In this document: positions 50,566 through 63,100 of the stretch, piece by piece
How the letters are laid out: each line of letters begins with the position of its first letter
Position numbering within the stretch: the stretch's first letter is position 1
Assembly (NCBI GenBank): GCA_973895155.1
Contig: OZ316895.1
Span: 7,738,184-7,802,183, forward strand
Source of the DNA: Marsupella aquatica
Taxonomy: Eukaryota > Plantae > Marchantiophyta
Direction of reading: 5' to 3'
DNA length: 64,000 nucleotides
Notes under the pieces: model-generated
Seen by the model: the letters and a program-made list of their open reading frames with translations, nothing else
Told to the model about the DNA's origin: nothing
Database searches by the model: none
Made by a program: the position numbers and the translations under genes

Positions 50566-51670
50566 ATTTGGCTTTGATTGAAAGATAGGATACCCTCCAA
50601 CGGTCAGAAGACGATTCAAAAAGCCAATCGAAGCAGGCAGCCATTGATCAATAAATACTAATGGGTAAAAATGGAATATTATTCTGTTTTATTGTCTCCA
50701 ATACTATACTACTTCCAAGTTTACCCATTGATCAAAGAATGTGTATCACTTGTGCATCTGAACTAGACATCTTCTTCACACTTGTCATACGAGTGTTTCC
50801 AATCATCACATCAGTCAAAAAGAATTTTAAACAATTTTCACCATTGTTAATAAAATACAATAGACATGAATTAATCGATAAGGCGAAATTACACAATTTC
50901 CACCATCGACGAGCAAAATTGAATAGGCATGAATTACTTGATAAGGTGAGAATTTCTCCGAATTTCTCCGAATTTCTAAATTATAACTAGAGCCCGTAAC
51001 AAAACGCTAGTAATACAGTAGATCCATGGGAGTCCCTAGGTCAAACAACGTAGTCCATGGGAGCATGAAGGTGGGTAGATGACGAGGCCCGAGGAACGAG
51101 AGACATCCGGAAAAAGAAGACGAAGCGCAACGGAGTCTAGTTTAGTCGTGTGAGTATCGTATCGTTGGTGCAATAGGGTTACCTTTCTCTCGCCGCAGTG
51201 TTGTGTTGTGCAGAAGCGTTACCTCTGAACGCCTCTGATGTTGTGCTCTCGCTCGCTCTACACTCTCGCTCACTCGGTCTTTCGAAGCGCGCTCGTTGGG
51301 TTCGTGTGAATTGGTTCGAAACGATAATCGGTTGGCTGGTTGAAGCATGTCGCGCTGCGGACAAGGGCGGTGCGGACGGACGGACGGACAACGCTTTTGC
51401 TAGGGAGAGCCTCAACTTCGGTCGGGAATGGAGAACCATGACGCAGATTCATCGCTACACTACTTCTCGGTCAAGAATATTGCGGACTTGAGCTCGGGGT
51501 CCCAGATTCGTTGCTGTACTAGTTCTCGGTCAAGAATATTGTGAAGTTGCCGTCGGGGTGGTAGATCTAGGTTCTTTCGTCGCGCATTAGTGGTTCATGT
51601 TTTTGCAGGTTTTGGTTAATTGGAGGAAGTCATTTCATTTGAAGATTTAGGTCGTTACGTGTTATCGAAG

Positions 51671-53215
51671 ATGGTCTATTCGCGAGGGGCGCAGCAGCAT
51701 TATCAACCGCGGCCGTTGGGAGGAGGAGGATCCCACGGGAGGGGTCAAGGCGGTTCGTATCAACCCTATCAGCCCCAAACTCAACGGAGTTTTCATCAAA
51801 ACAACAACCAAGCGCAGCAGCAGGGCCAGCAGCAGCGAAGTCAGCAGCAGCAAAATCAGCAACATCAACAGCAGCAGCTTCAACAGCAGCCTCAGCAGAA
51901 CCAGCTCTCCGGCCAACAGCAAGCATCGGGAAATGCCCCGTCATCAGGAGGAGCCTCTGGTGCGACGGAGAGTGTCCGCGGGAATATGCTGGCAAGCAGC
52001 GCCAGCATTCAAGATTGGAAATCGACCTTAAAGCTGCCCCCTACAGATTCGCGCTACAGGACGGAGGATGTCACCGCTACGAAAGGGAACGAGTTTGAGG
52101 ATTATTTTCTGAAGCGCGAGCTGCTTATGGGAATCTACGAAAAGGGGTTTGAACGTCCCTCTCCCATTCAGGAAGAAAGTATTCCCATCGCCCTGACTGG
52201 AAGCGATATTTTGGCCAGAGCCAAGAACGGAACTGGAAAGACTGCTGCCTTTTGCATTCCTGCCATCGAAAAAATTGACCAGAACAAGAACGCCATTCAA
52301 GTTCTTATTCTAGTGCCCACTAGGGAACTTGCGCTGCAAACCTCGCAGGTTTGCAAGGAGCTGGCGAAGCATCTTCGGATACAGGTGATGGTAACCACCG
52401 GCGGGACGAGCTTGAAAGATGACATCATGCGGCTTTATCAACCGGTACATCTGCTTGTGGGTACTCCTGGCAGGGTTTTGGACCTGGCCAGAAAGGGCGT
52501 CTGCAACTTGGGGGATTGCAACATGCTCGTAATGGATGAGGCTGACAAGCTTCTGTCCCCGGAGTTCCAGCCTCTTGTTGAGCAACTCATTGCTTTCCTT
52601 CCCGAAACCCGTCAAACGTTACTCTACTCTGCTACTTTCCCTGTCACTGTGAAGTCTTTCAAGGATAGGTTTCTGCGTAAACCCTACGTGATCAATCTCA
52701 TGGACGAGCTAACTTTGAAGGGAATAACTCAGTTCTATGCCTTTGTGGAGGAGAGGCAGAAGGTCCATTGTCTGAGCACTCTTTTCTCCAAGCTTCAAAT
52801 CAACCAGTCTATTATCTTCTGCAACTCTGTCAATCGGGTGGAGCTGCTGGCGAAGAAGATCACCGAACTGGGGTACTCTTGTTTCTATGTCCATGCTAAG
52901 ATGCTACAGTCTCACCGAAATAGAGTGTTCCACGACTTCAGAAACGGAGCGTGCAGGAATTTGGTGTCTTCGGATCTTTTTACGAGGGGAATTGACATTC
53001 AGGCAGTGAATGTTGTTATCAACTTCGATTTTCCCAAGAATTCCGAAACGTATCTGCATAGGGTGGGACGTTCCGGCAGGTTTGGTCACCTCGGTCTGGC
53101 TGTCAATCTCATCACATACGAAGACCGTTTTAATTTGTACAGGATTGAGCAGGAGCTCGGTACGGAAATCAAGCCGATACCGCCTCAAGTCGACCAAACT
53201 ATATACTGCCGGTGA
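51671..53215 (+). CDS. DDX6: DEAD-box RNA helicase of the DDX6/Dhh1/Me31B family (plant RH6/RH8/RH12 type), 514 aa, single coding exon
   Basis: Uninterrupted ORF containing [81 protein letters not shown] and the C-terminal [12 protein letters not shown]. The first ATG is at 51671 (the ORF-track start at 51620 is a TTG). The N-terminus is Q/G-rich. Confidence 0.97.
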   Translation: MVYSRGAQQHYQPRPLGGGGSHGRGQGGSYQPYQPQTQRSFHQNNNQAQQQGQQQRSQQQQNQQHQQQQLQQQPQQNQLSGQQQASGNAPSSGGASGATESVRGNMLASSASIQDWKSTLKLPPTDSRYRTEDVTATKGNEFEDYFLKRELLMGIYEKGFERPSPIQEESIPIALTGSDILARAKNGTGKTAAFCIPAIEKIDQNKNAIQVLILVPTRELALQTSQVCKELAKHLRIQVMVTTGGTSLKDDIMRLYQPVHLLVGTPGRVLDLARKGVCNLGDCNMLVMDEADKLLSPEFQPLVEQLIAFLPETRQTLLYSATFPVTVKSFKDRFLRKPYVINLMDELTLKGITQFYAFVEERQKVHCLSTLFSKLQINQSIIFCNSVNRVELLAKKITELGYSCFYVHAKMLQSHRNRVFHDFRNGACRNLVSSDLFTRGIDIQAVNVVINFDFPKNSETYLHRVGRSGRFGHLGLAVNLITYEDRFNLYRIEQELGTEIKPIPPQVDQTIYCR

Positions 53216-55599
53216 TTTTTTTCACCCGAGCAGTTGCCTGAGGCCGGCAGGCTTTTGGAGTGGCTCGAGTTGTGTTGAGCTCGGCTTTCAAAGACAGGTT
53301 TCGGTGATGTGAAGGATGGCAGATATTTGCAGTGTCAGTGAGCAGTGGCAGGCCCGGTACAACCGCTTTTTAAATTTCTTTGTTACCCTTATCCAGAAAA
53401 TGCCATATCAATGGAAGATTACTTCTGGTGCCAATGGAGAATTTGGTTCGTCGTTGAATGGCCATAGATGAGCACCGACCATTGAGATTTTGGCACTGTC
53501 CATGTTTTAGAGTTTTGAAAGTCCTTAAGAGAGAGGATGGCGGCACAGATTTATGAGGGACTGTTGCGACCGATGTCGCATGTGGGATAAAGCCGGTGGA
53601 ATGGGAGACAGTCCAAATAAGTTGTGATTGATTCACATTGTGGAGTTCGAGCCATTTTACAAGGTTCCATTTTTGGAGGACTTCTTTAACTGAAGGCGTG
53701 GATGAGTCGAGATGATATGTGGCGCAAATTAAAACTCGTAGGTTGATTAGTGAAATGTTTACTTGAATGAGGGAGGTATCTTTGAACAAGAGCTACAGTG
53801 ATGGCCAGTTGGATTTTAAGCATGGTCTTGCTGAGTTCCGCCCAGCTTGTTACGAAATGGCTTCTCGTTTACCTTCTTCCGGATCCGTTACAAAATGTTC
53901 TGTTCACCATTGAAATACTCGTGTGCTATCTGCCTTCGAATAGAGACTTGCGGCAGATGCAGGAGACATGGTTCTGTAAGACTTCTTCGCCAGATTGGCT
54001 ACTGGAGCAGTTCAACAAGCTCAAAAAAAGACGGAGCAAGCCTACAAGTTGTTCAAGCACTCTCAGGTGCTAGGTTTTCCTCTGGGCTTAAGTGAGCCTA
54101 TGGAACATGCAAGGCCCCTAGCACATGACTGGCTCGGTTACAATCTCAATTGTCATATCAAACGCTTTACTAGCTATCACGTAGGATCATCTTGCTTTTG
54201 CAAGGGTTGTGGCTGGATTGTTCATGAGTCTGTGGCATATGTAAGGACGTGAAATCATCAGGTGGGTTTCAGAGCAAGAATTGGTTGCTCTTCAGTTGAG
54301 TAATCACAGTATTGTCTGTGTGAGACGCCAAAGTATTTGTTTTTGGATGACCTTGATTGTCGTATTCTCCACTGCTGAATTGTTGCAAAACTGTTTCGTC
54401 TCCCATTGGTGTCGTCGGTGAGATTGTTATTACTACCGATCCGACTGCTGCAGGTCGTCATGACATTCATAAATCACATCTTCGACGTCAAGAATTCTCC
54501 CGTGTTAAACCGGTGTTTTAAAAAATTCAATAGAATGTCTTTCATTCTGTGTTGTTAGACGATACATGTCAGTGATAACTGCGCTGGAAAGGTGCTCGGT
54601 GCCCTTCTTAGTGATGGTTGCCCATGCATTACAGGGATACAATCTTCACTGTACATTTTGACTTGGTGAATTTATTTCCCTCGGGCACATTAGCAGCCCT
54701 AGGTGGTATATTGCTCATTCTATCAAGTTGCAAGCGTGAGAGCGCTGTAAGGGTAAGCAGCGTGGAAGTGATACAACCTTTTCGGGCAGCACAAGATTAA
54801 AATTCGCAGAGAGTGATCATATAGTGTTAAGTGTGAGTCGAAAGTCGAAACGTCTGTCCGAAGAGTTACTAGTGATTTCATGGAAGGTTTCAAATCTCCA
54901 CCGAATTGAGTGTTTCCTATGGTAGGGACTCGCATTCTCGTGAGGTAACAATACATTTCAGTTTTCATTCGCGTGCGTAAATCTTTGTTTCTTCCTCTCG
55001 TTTCCCGAAACCAAAAACCGCATATTACGAATTTAGTCCGTGCGTACGTGTTCCACACATCCTTACATCGATGCCATAAAGAACAAGTTCGTTGTTGTGT
55101 GATTGGTCCAAAGCAAATTCTTCAATTCAAATCACACTCACGAGTGTGAAGTTTGCTACTGTACTTTTCTCATCGTTGTACATATAAATTGATGATGCAA
55201 TGAGTGGTTATACGGGTCATTTTTTGGTACATCTAGAGTATCATGAGTATCCGCGAAGTGAAATTCCACTCAGTCCCGGGGACCTCTACGAATTTGGGGG
55301 CTAATTATCAAAAGCTTGGGTATAACCATGAGTGGGGCCTGCTGGTTAGTTCAGGTGACTTGTGACCAGGGTTGACTTGATGTCACGAGATCTCAAGTTG
55401 AATTCCCAAACCAGACACCTCTGTTTCAGGTCACATGAGCTTCTAGCAGCATGTGCAATGATTTTTCTTCCAAACTGATCTCGAGTTCAATTCCCGAACC
55501 AGACACATCTGTTTCACATAACACAAGTTTCTATCATGTACAATGAGTTTTGCTGCAAACTGTCTCTGGCGGGCTCAGGTGTTATGCGGGCTCAGAGCG

Positions 55600-58360
55600 T
55601 TATGCTTCACAGGCACAGGAAGTTGAGATGTGTTATTCTGCACACCCTTTTGCAGTAACTGTAGCCCTGCCCAAGAACCAAAAGTGTCGCCAAATAGTGA
55701 GACAAACTCCCAGTCTCCTTTTACCAGGACTTCAAAAACTCATTAAGGCAAAAACTCACTGGCAAGATCCCACAAGGCAAGAGACCCAATAAAGTTTTCA
55801 TGACTAGCTATGAGTTTAGGGTGACTCACCTCCCTCTTGGGCTGTTCAAGAGACAATAGTGGTGGAAGCACAGCAGAGAGCCTTCATCTGTTGCTCTCTC
55901 TTCACATATATTACAATGCCAAAGAACAAACAGCTGCACCAAACAGTGAGACTATATCCCAAAAGGTAGGAGACCTGATAGACTAACTTTAACACTGGGA
56001 CGTGAGTGGACTAGAGTCACCCTGAGTTCCCTGCAGGCCAACATTTTAGGGTGCTTCTTCCCTGTGTGTGAAATGCGTGAATTCTATGTCAAATGCTGCC
56101 ACACGAGCCCGCGCACGAGATGGAAATGTCTTAAAGTCACTTGGACCCTGAGTATTCATTGTTTGGCTTGCTTGGGCCTCGTGTGTAAGATAACTATCAT
56201 TTCCTATGGTGGAGTGATTTCACACAGACTATTGGCCCTTAGAGTTTAAGGAATACTCTGATAAGGGGTAAAAGACAAGCAAAAAACTTTGAGAGCCAGA
56301 GAGTTATACATAACCATAAAGGAACAAAAGCCCCACTCAACAACAAATTAAAAAGCCTGGTAAAACTCAAGAGTAAATGGCATAGGAATGTCACTTAGAG
56401 AAAACAAAAATGCTAGCATCCCTCAAATCAAAACCTCAACCCTCCACTGAATAGTGAATGTCTGAGCCTTCCGTCCTGGCACCAATACATGTGATATAGA
56501 GACGGCAACAAGAACAGAAACTGGAAATAAGGTTATTGCTCTACACAAAAGACCAAAGACCACACATGATGGCAAGAAATTGTCAAAGCTAGGGTGGCAG
56601 AGACCAGTTAGAGGAAAGGATCCCCTGAACTCGTGCAGTACTCCTATGTGGCTGGGTAAAGAGGCAAGAACAATAGAAAGGAGAGGAAACTCCCTAGAAG
56701 TCTCAGATTGTACTCTGCAAAAATGGGAGGGGAGGAGGATGGAACCAGCTGCCTACACGCCCTCCTTCTGACACAAGCCCCTAGCAGTACCCAGCCTCGG
56801 AACTCGCCAAAACTCCAACAGGATCAGGAAGAGACACAATGTTCAGTCTGCAATCTGTTATTGTTGGTTCATTTGGCGTACTTTTGCCACTTTGAAGCCT
56901 AGTCTTTGGCTCTTATGGCACTCCTTCACCTTGAATTCTTGTCTGGCTCCAATGGCACTCCTCCATCACTACAAATATTTCTATTTACAACTTTTCTCCT
57001 CAGGTATTTTGAATATTAGACCATGAAAGCCAGCTGAGAAAAGGAACCTCTCAAATCCTCTTAAATAGACATCTCTTAATTCTGTTGTATAGGGCGATAA
57101 TTAATAGCCAAGGTCTCTTTTGTGCAACTTCAATCACTGGGGGTGCCCTCTGCAACAGAATTGAGAAATCATGTATTATGAGCCCTAGGTTTCCATTTTG
57201 TGTCGTTTAATATAATTCCTACAACTGCAGATTCCCTTTCTGTGGGGTTTCACAAATTTCCCCTTGTAAAATTATATATATAATTCCTACAACTGGAGTC
57301 CTATAAATGGCTATGAGATATAGTTTTTGTAGTCCCGCCCCTTGACCTTTGTTTTTTTGCATCTTTTAGTGTAATTCCTACTACTGCTGTGACACCAACT
57401 TTTTGTACCCTCATATTCCTAAAACTACTGCAAAAGGGTGTGAAGCATAACACATCTCAACCTCCTGCGTCTGTGAAGCATAGACACAACAGTGAAGGGG
57501 CTCCCTGTTGTGCTTCCACCACTGTCTTTTCTCAAACAATCTGAGAGGGAGTCAAGTCACCCGAAATTGAGAGTTCAAGGTCTAAATTCATGGTGAGCCT
57601 TGAAAACTTGATTTGGGTCTCCTGCCTTGTGGGATCTTGTCTGAGAGTTTTTGGCCTAAACTCATGGTGAGTCACATGTAAACTAAGAGATTTTGGCTGG
57701 CAAGTCATGTTAAGGATTGCTCTTAGTCTTGTGACTCAAAGGTTACGACACTTAGGCTAACCACAGTTAGGGTCTTAGCTGAGGCTAGGTTAGTCGTGTG
57801 TGACCTTGTATATACCAGGGCTAGTGTAAGCCGCTGGCGTGTGGTGCTTACTCATTGTAACGGAGCAATTTGAGGAAGAGGGAGAGCATGTGTGGTCGTC
57901 TACTCTTGAAGTAAAGCTTGAGTGTTCGTGTGGACGTAGCCTTAGAGAAGAGGAGAACCACGTAGACATTGTGTCGACTACGTGTGCATGGAATGAGTAA
58001 TGATTGGATCGTCATGAAGGAAGACGTCATAGTTCAACAAGTCACAGTTCAACAAGTCACCCGTAAACATAGATTCAGATCTTGTCAATGTGGCACCAAT
58101 TTTTGTTAGTTGGCAATGTGATATAAGTGAAAAGAGAGCAAGAGGTAAAGGGGCTCTTTGCTATATATGCTTCCACCCTGGCTTTCCTTCCCTTGACCAA
58201 TCCAAGAGGGAGGCAACCTAAATTCATGACAAGTCTCTTGACCAGTCCAAGAGGAAGGCAAGTCACCCTAAACTCAAGGCGAGTCCTCAAAAGTTTATTG
58301 GGTCTCCTAACTTGTGGCATGTGTGACTTTTTAGCCTAAACTCATGACAAGTCGCTAGTG
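55600..58360. repeat. Dispersed repeat family in three local copies, one forward and two inverted
   Basis: 55601-55657 is the inverted counterpart of ~57425-57482. ~55750-55940 (GATCCCACAAGGCA.GAGACCCAA...GGGTGACT...GGTGGAAGCA) is inverted relative to ~57485-57655 and ~58095-58345. Confidence 0.7.
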
Positions 58361-59707
58361 TCTCTCAACAGCCAGGTTGTGGTGGGGGGAAATGGCCCTC
58401 GGGAAAAGAAGAAAATTGGCGACTTTAGTGTGCGGGCTAGGCAGTGGCTGTGCCACACACTTTTGGCTGTTCCCTGCCAAACCTAGACACAGTCTGCGGC
58501 AAGGCACCCTGCGGGCTATATTTGAGTTCCCCTATAATTTCTGTTAAGCCAAAACCCAAAAAAGCCCACTAGCGTAGCTTTTGGTTGTTCAGCAGTGTGA
58601 TGTTATTAATTAATAAAGTACAACGCAAAGCCACTTTTGAGAGCCACTCTGTAGAGTGAAGCCTCTAGCCTGTAACTCTCAATAAGGACAAAACATAAAG
58701 GTAGAGTGGACAAAAACGGGTAAAAATGAACCAGAAATAGTATATATATATATTTATCACAGGATTCTTTATTGTCTTGGTCTGTATTTATGTTCAAGGA
58801 CTTAGGGACTGATAATCATATTAGAGGTGGGGTTGAAAATGGGGATGGGGGTGGAGAGTAGTGCACCGCATTTGAAAATAGGGCCACCTGTGAAGAGTTT
58901 TGGTGGAGTAGGGGATACATGTGTAGAGAGTTGATGGATTAGGGAGGCTGCCTGTGAAAAGGTCAGCTGTTGTCATTGAGGGTCGAAGGGCTATGGTGAA
59001 GCCGCCAACACTTCTTTAATTACTTGAAGAAACTTTGGTCAAGTGGTGTCACGGAGGGACAACACTTTTTTGTTTTCATATCTATTTATTTTCAAGGAAT
59101 GAGTAGTTGGGGTAGTAGGGCATCTCAAAGCCTGGCATGAACAAGATAAGGCCCTCCCATAATTCCCGTATTGTGCGAATTCCCGTAAAAATTATGGGAA
59201 CCAATCTTCACCTATCATATGGAAAGCCTGTGGGCTCAATACTTAACCCGTAACTTTCCTGCAACTTTTGGCACAAATCCTGAATTCCGCAAATCCAGGA
59301 CTCCGGAATTCCTGAAAGCCAAAATTGAAGGCACATGGGCTTTTTGCCTGACGTGATGATGGCTCTTGCATAAGGTGGCGGCTGATCAAGAATGGAGGAA
59401 AAAAGAATATAGGCTATGAGCCAGGTGAGGCCCTTAACTCTTGCCTTATGGGGCAAGTCATTGCTATCTCCCCCTATCTGTAAAGCGCGAAGGGGAAGCT
59501 AGAGTCAGGGTATGGCTTCTAGAGTGAAACCTCTAAACCATAACTCTAAGGCCCCACTAAAGTATATGTGCACAAACATGATGATTATTATTCTATCATT
59601 TCATTAATATTTAGAGAATAGTAATAAGGAATATATTTTGTTAAAATTTACTTCTCTTCTTTACTCACCTTTGGTAGTAGGGGCTAGTTTTTAAAATTGC
59701 ATAATCG

Positions 59708-59785
59708 GGTCCCTTAAAATTCAGGTTCCATGAACACGAGCTATTCAGGGTCCCTTAAAATTCAGGGTCCATGAACACGAGCTAT
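59708..59785. repeat. Tandem duplication, 2 x ~40 bp
   Basis: GGGTCCCTTAAAATTCAGG.TCCATGAACACGAGCTAT occurs twice. Confidence 0.85.
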
Positions 59786-59849
59786 GGAATGATATCACAA
59801 CAGATGATCAGGCTATTAGCTTTGAGACGCCCTAGGATATAATTATCGA

Positions 59850-59946
59850 AAGAGAGAGCAACGTGATATATATTTATGTGACGAGAGCAGAAGACGAAGA
59901 GAGAGCAACGTGATATATAATTATGTGAAGAGAGCAGAAGACGAAG
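59850..59946. repeat. Tandem duplication, 2 x ~48 bp, in the putative promoter of the Nopp140-like gene
   Basis: AAGAGAGAGCAACGTGATATATA.TTATGTGA.GAGAGCAGAAGACG occurs twice; each copy has an ACGTG core and a TATA-like TATATA. Confidence 0.8.
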
Positions 59947-60170
59947 GAAGGGAAGACAAGGAGGGGGCTGTCTACTGTGCTTCCACCGCTGTCTGTCTTC
60001 TCTCGAAGAGTCCGAGAGGAGGCGGGCGGGGAACGGCGAGGGCAGCAGCAGTAGCAGCAGTGAGCTCTCTGTGAATGTTTGTGCCCCGAGCGGTGCAGCT
60101 GCGCCAAGCTGGGTCGACGACGGACCGACGACGAGGAGTGACGGCGGCGAGAGCGAGGTGCACGACCTCA

Positions 60171-63100
60171 ATGTCGACTCCTGACATAGCTCCGCTGCTC
60201 GTCGCATACCTCCGCAAGCGCGGGCTCGCCAAGACTCTCAAGGCGTTCATCGCAGAAACCAGCTTCGTGAGTTTTCTCAAGTTTTCCGTCCCCCTCCTCT
60301 CTGTCTGTTTGTCTCTCTCGTTCTGCTCTCTGTATGTCTGCTGAGGGTTTAGGGTCCTCATTTGGAGTCTGATTCAAGGGGGATTCCGGAGGAGGTTTCC
60401 TTTGTGAAATGTGAGTGTGCAGAGGTTTTTCCACCTGAATTTGTATTGTGTGTCTGGATGCTCTGATTTGGCGGCACTCTCATTTCGAAATTTTGTGGCG
60501 GCTCGTCCTCTTCTTTTGATGAATGGGGATGGATATCGGATTCTTCGCCTATTCCTCGTGTTTGCTATCCGTCGCTCTGCTGTGGTTGGTATTCTCGTCG
60601 ACCTGGCATTGTTGTCGGTAGCATCATCGTGCAGTTGCGGCATTGTTTCCTCTTATTGCTTCCGCTCGGTTTTCGGACGTTGGCTGAGCTCGTACTCAAT
60701 TGGCAAGGTTTTTCAAAGGACTTCATTGCTAGAGATCATCAGCCGCTGGCTCATGCGACGAGCAGCAGTTTTTAGGGTAGCCTTTAGGTCCGAAGATTGA
60801 TCTGTTCTACAGCTATCTTCATGGCACTTCTGCACTTCGGATTGCTGACAGATTTTACTTGGAATGATCTTCTTGTCTCTAAATTCTTTGCCAATGCAAG
60901 ACGTATAGCTGAACTTTTGTCAACCAGTTATAGTTCGAATTCGAGTTGTATGAACTCAGTAAATCGGAAACTAGCAAGCATCGGATGTACTGGATGAAGT
61001 ATCAAGTTATAGTACTGCACGAATTGGTAGTGATCAGAAGCGATGTTTGAATCAAAGTACTCATTGCAGGCGTACCAGAAAGTTGACATTTGTTGTTGTA
61101 AACCCTACTGTGATAACAGAAGGATGTTGGAGAACAGGTTGCGGACGATATAGAGGCTATTTATGGAAGCTACTTGCTGACAACGGGAGGGTGAGTGATG
61201 CATCCTGTACGCCCTAGACTTCTATTGAAGATTCCTGCCTATTGTATGCCTGGACACATACAAATTTGTCGCATCTTAGAAAAGTCCCGAAGCAGAATTT
61301 TTAAAACCTTTCTGGGGGTTTGTGGCCGGAGTGTCATTAGCATTGAGCGGTCTGGCAGACAACGACGAATTGTATCTGCTCTCTCCATCTGTAGTGGTAA
61401 CTGAAATGAGCAGATCGTTGAGGGGTTTCGGTAGTCTGAAAGAATTAAGGTTTTAGATGTGCAGCAACGGAAATGACTTCTAGTTCATATTATCTTCGTC
61501 TTTTGAAGGTTAGGCTTTGATGTCCATGTGCTTTTGAAGCTGACATCATTTCGAATAGGAAATGCAAGGCAAAATCGTACTCTATGGTGCAGGAAGCATA
61601 TGCACTGTTCGGTTTTAGGAGGACGTAAATAAGATAAGCGAAATTCTCGATGTCAAAGTAATTTATAGAATGGCTTCGTGATGCAGCTGTAAGAAGAGGA
61701 AGACGGAGAATGGCACGGTAGAATCTATTGGGAAAAAGAAGAAGATTGCAGCATCCACAGTCACCCTTTCAGCAGCATCGTCTTCTGAAGATTCGGATTC
61801 AAGCAGTGAGGAGGAATCAGAGCCTGTGAAGGTTGTTGCGAAGGGAGCTAATGGTAAGTCCAAAACATTTGCTGTGACCCCACTTTCTGCAGCCAGGGAT
61901 GAATCGTCATCAGATGACTCTGATTCTGAGGAGGCCGTCACCCCTGGAAAGAGTCTGGCGAAGTTGCATTCAAAGGAGGAGTCTTCTGAAGATTCGGACT
62001 CGAGCAGTGAGGAGGAAGCAAAGCCAGTGAAGGTTGTTGCGAAAGCAGCTAATGGTAAGCCCACGAAAGTGGCTGTGACCCCAACATCTGCAGCCAATGA
62101 TGAATCGTCGTCAGGTGACTCTGATTCTGAGGAGGTCGTCACGCCTGGAAAGAGTCAGGCAAAGTTGCATGCAAAGGAGGATTCTTCTGAAGATTCGGAC
62201 TCGAGCAGTGAGGAGGAAGCAAAGCCTGTGAAGGTCGTTGCGAAAGCAGCTAATGGTGAGTCCAAGAAAGTTGCTGTGACCCCACTGCCTGCAGCCAGTG
62301 ATGAATCGTCATCCGATGACTCTGATTCTGAGGAGGTCGTCACGCCTGGAAAGAGTCTGGCAAAGTTGCATTCGAAGGAGGAGTCTTCTGAAGATTCTGA
62401 CTCGAGCAGTGAGGAGGAAGCAAAGCCTGTGAAGGTCGTTGCGAAAGCAGCTAATGGTGAGTCCAAGAAAGTTGCTGTGACCCCACTGCCTGCAGCCAGT
62501 GATGAATCGTCATCCGATGACTCTGATTCTGAGGAGGTCGTCACGCCTGGAAAGAGTCTGGCAAAGTTGCATTCGAAGGAGGAGTCTTCTGAGGATTCTG
62601 ACTCGAGCAGTGAGGAGGAAGCAAAGCCAGTGAAGGTCGTTGCGAAAGCAGCTAATGGTAAGCCCACGAAAGTTGCTGTGACCCCAACATCTGCAGCCAA
62701 TGATGAATCGTCGTCAGATGACTCTGATTCTGAGGAGGGCGTCATGCCTGGAAAGAGTCTGGCCAAGTTACCTGCAAAGGACGACTCTTCGTCCTCTGAT
62801 GATAGTGAGAGTGAAGATGCACCCGTCGCCAATCCTGCCAGAAAACAAGTGACAGTCACAGCACATACAAAGGATGAGTCTTCATCCTCCGAGGACGACA
62901 GCGAGGATGAGCCTCCTCAGGAGCAAGTTCCTACCGCATCTAAAGTCCAGCCTGGTAAGAAAATTTTGCCCTCTTCTCCTGCAGTGGAGGCAGCAAAGAA
63001 GAAAACTCCAGCTGCATCCGCTAAAAAGGCCAGTAAAATAGCAGAGAACCCAGCTGCAGCATGCGCTGACGAATCTTCTTCAGATTACTCCGAAAGCGAG

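Noticed and set aside
51620-51670. ORF-track N-terminal extension of the helicase (MEEVISF...)
   Set aside because: It starts at TTG; the first ATG, in good context (AAGATGG), is at 51671.
60267-61686. Intronic box C/D snoRNAs in the Nopp140-like gene
   Set aside because: No convincing RTGATGA...CTGA pair with a terminal stem was seen by eye; a snoscan or Infernal run would settle it.
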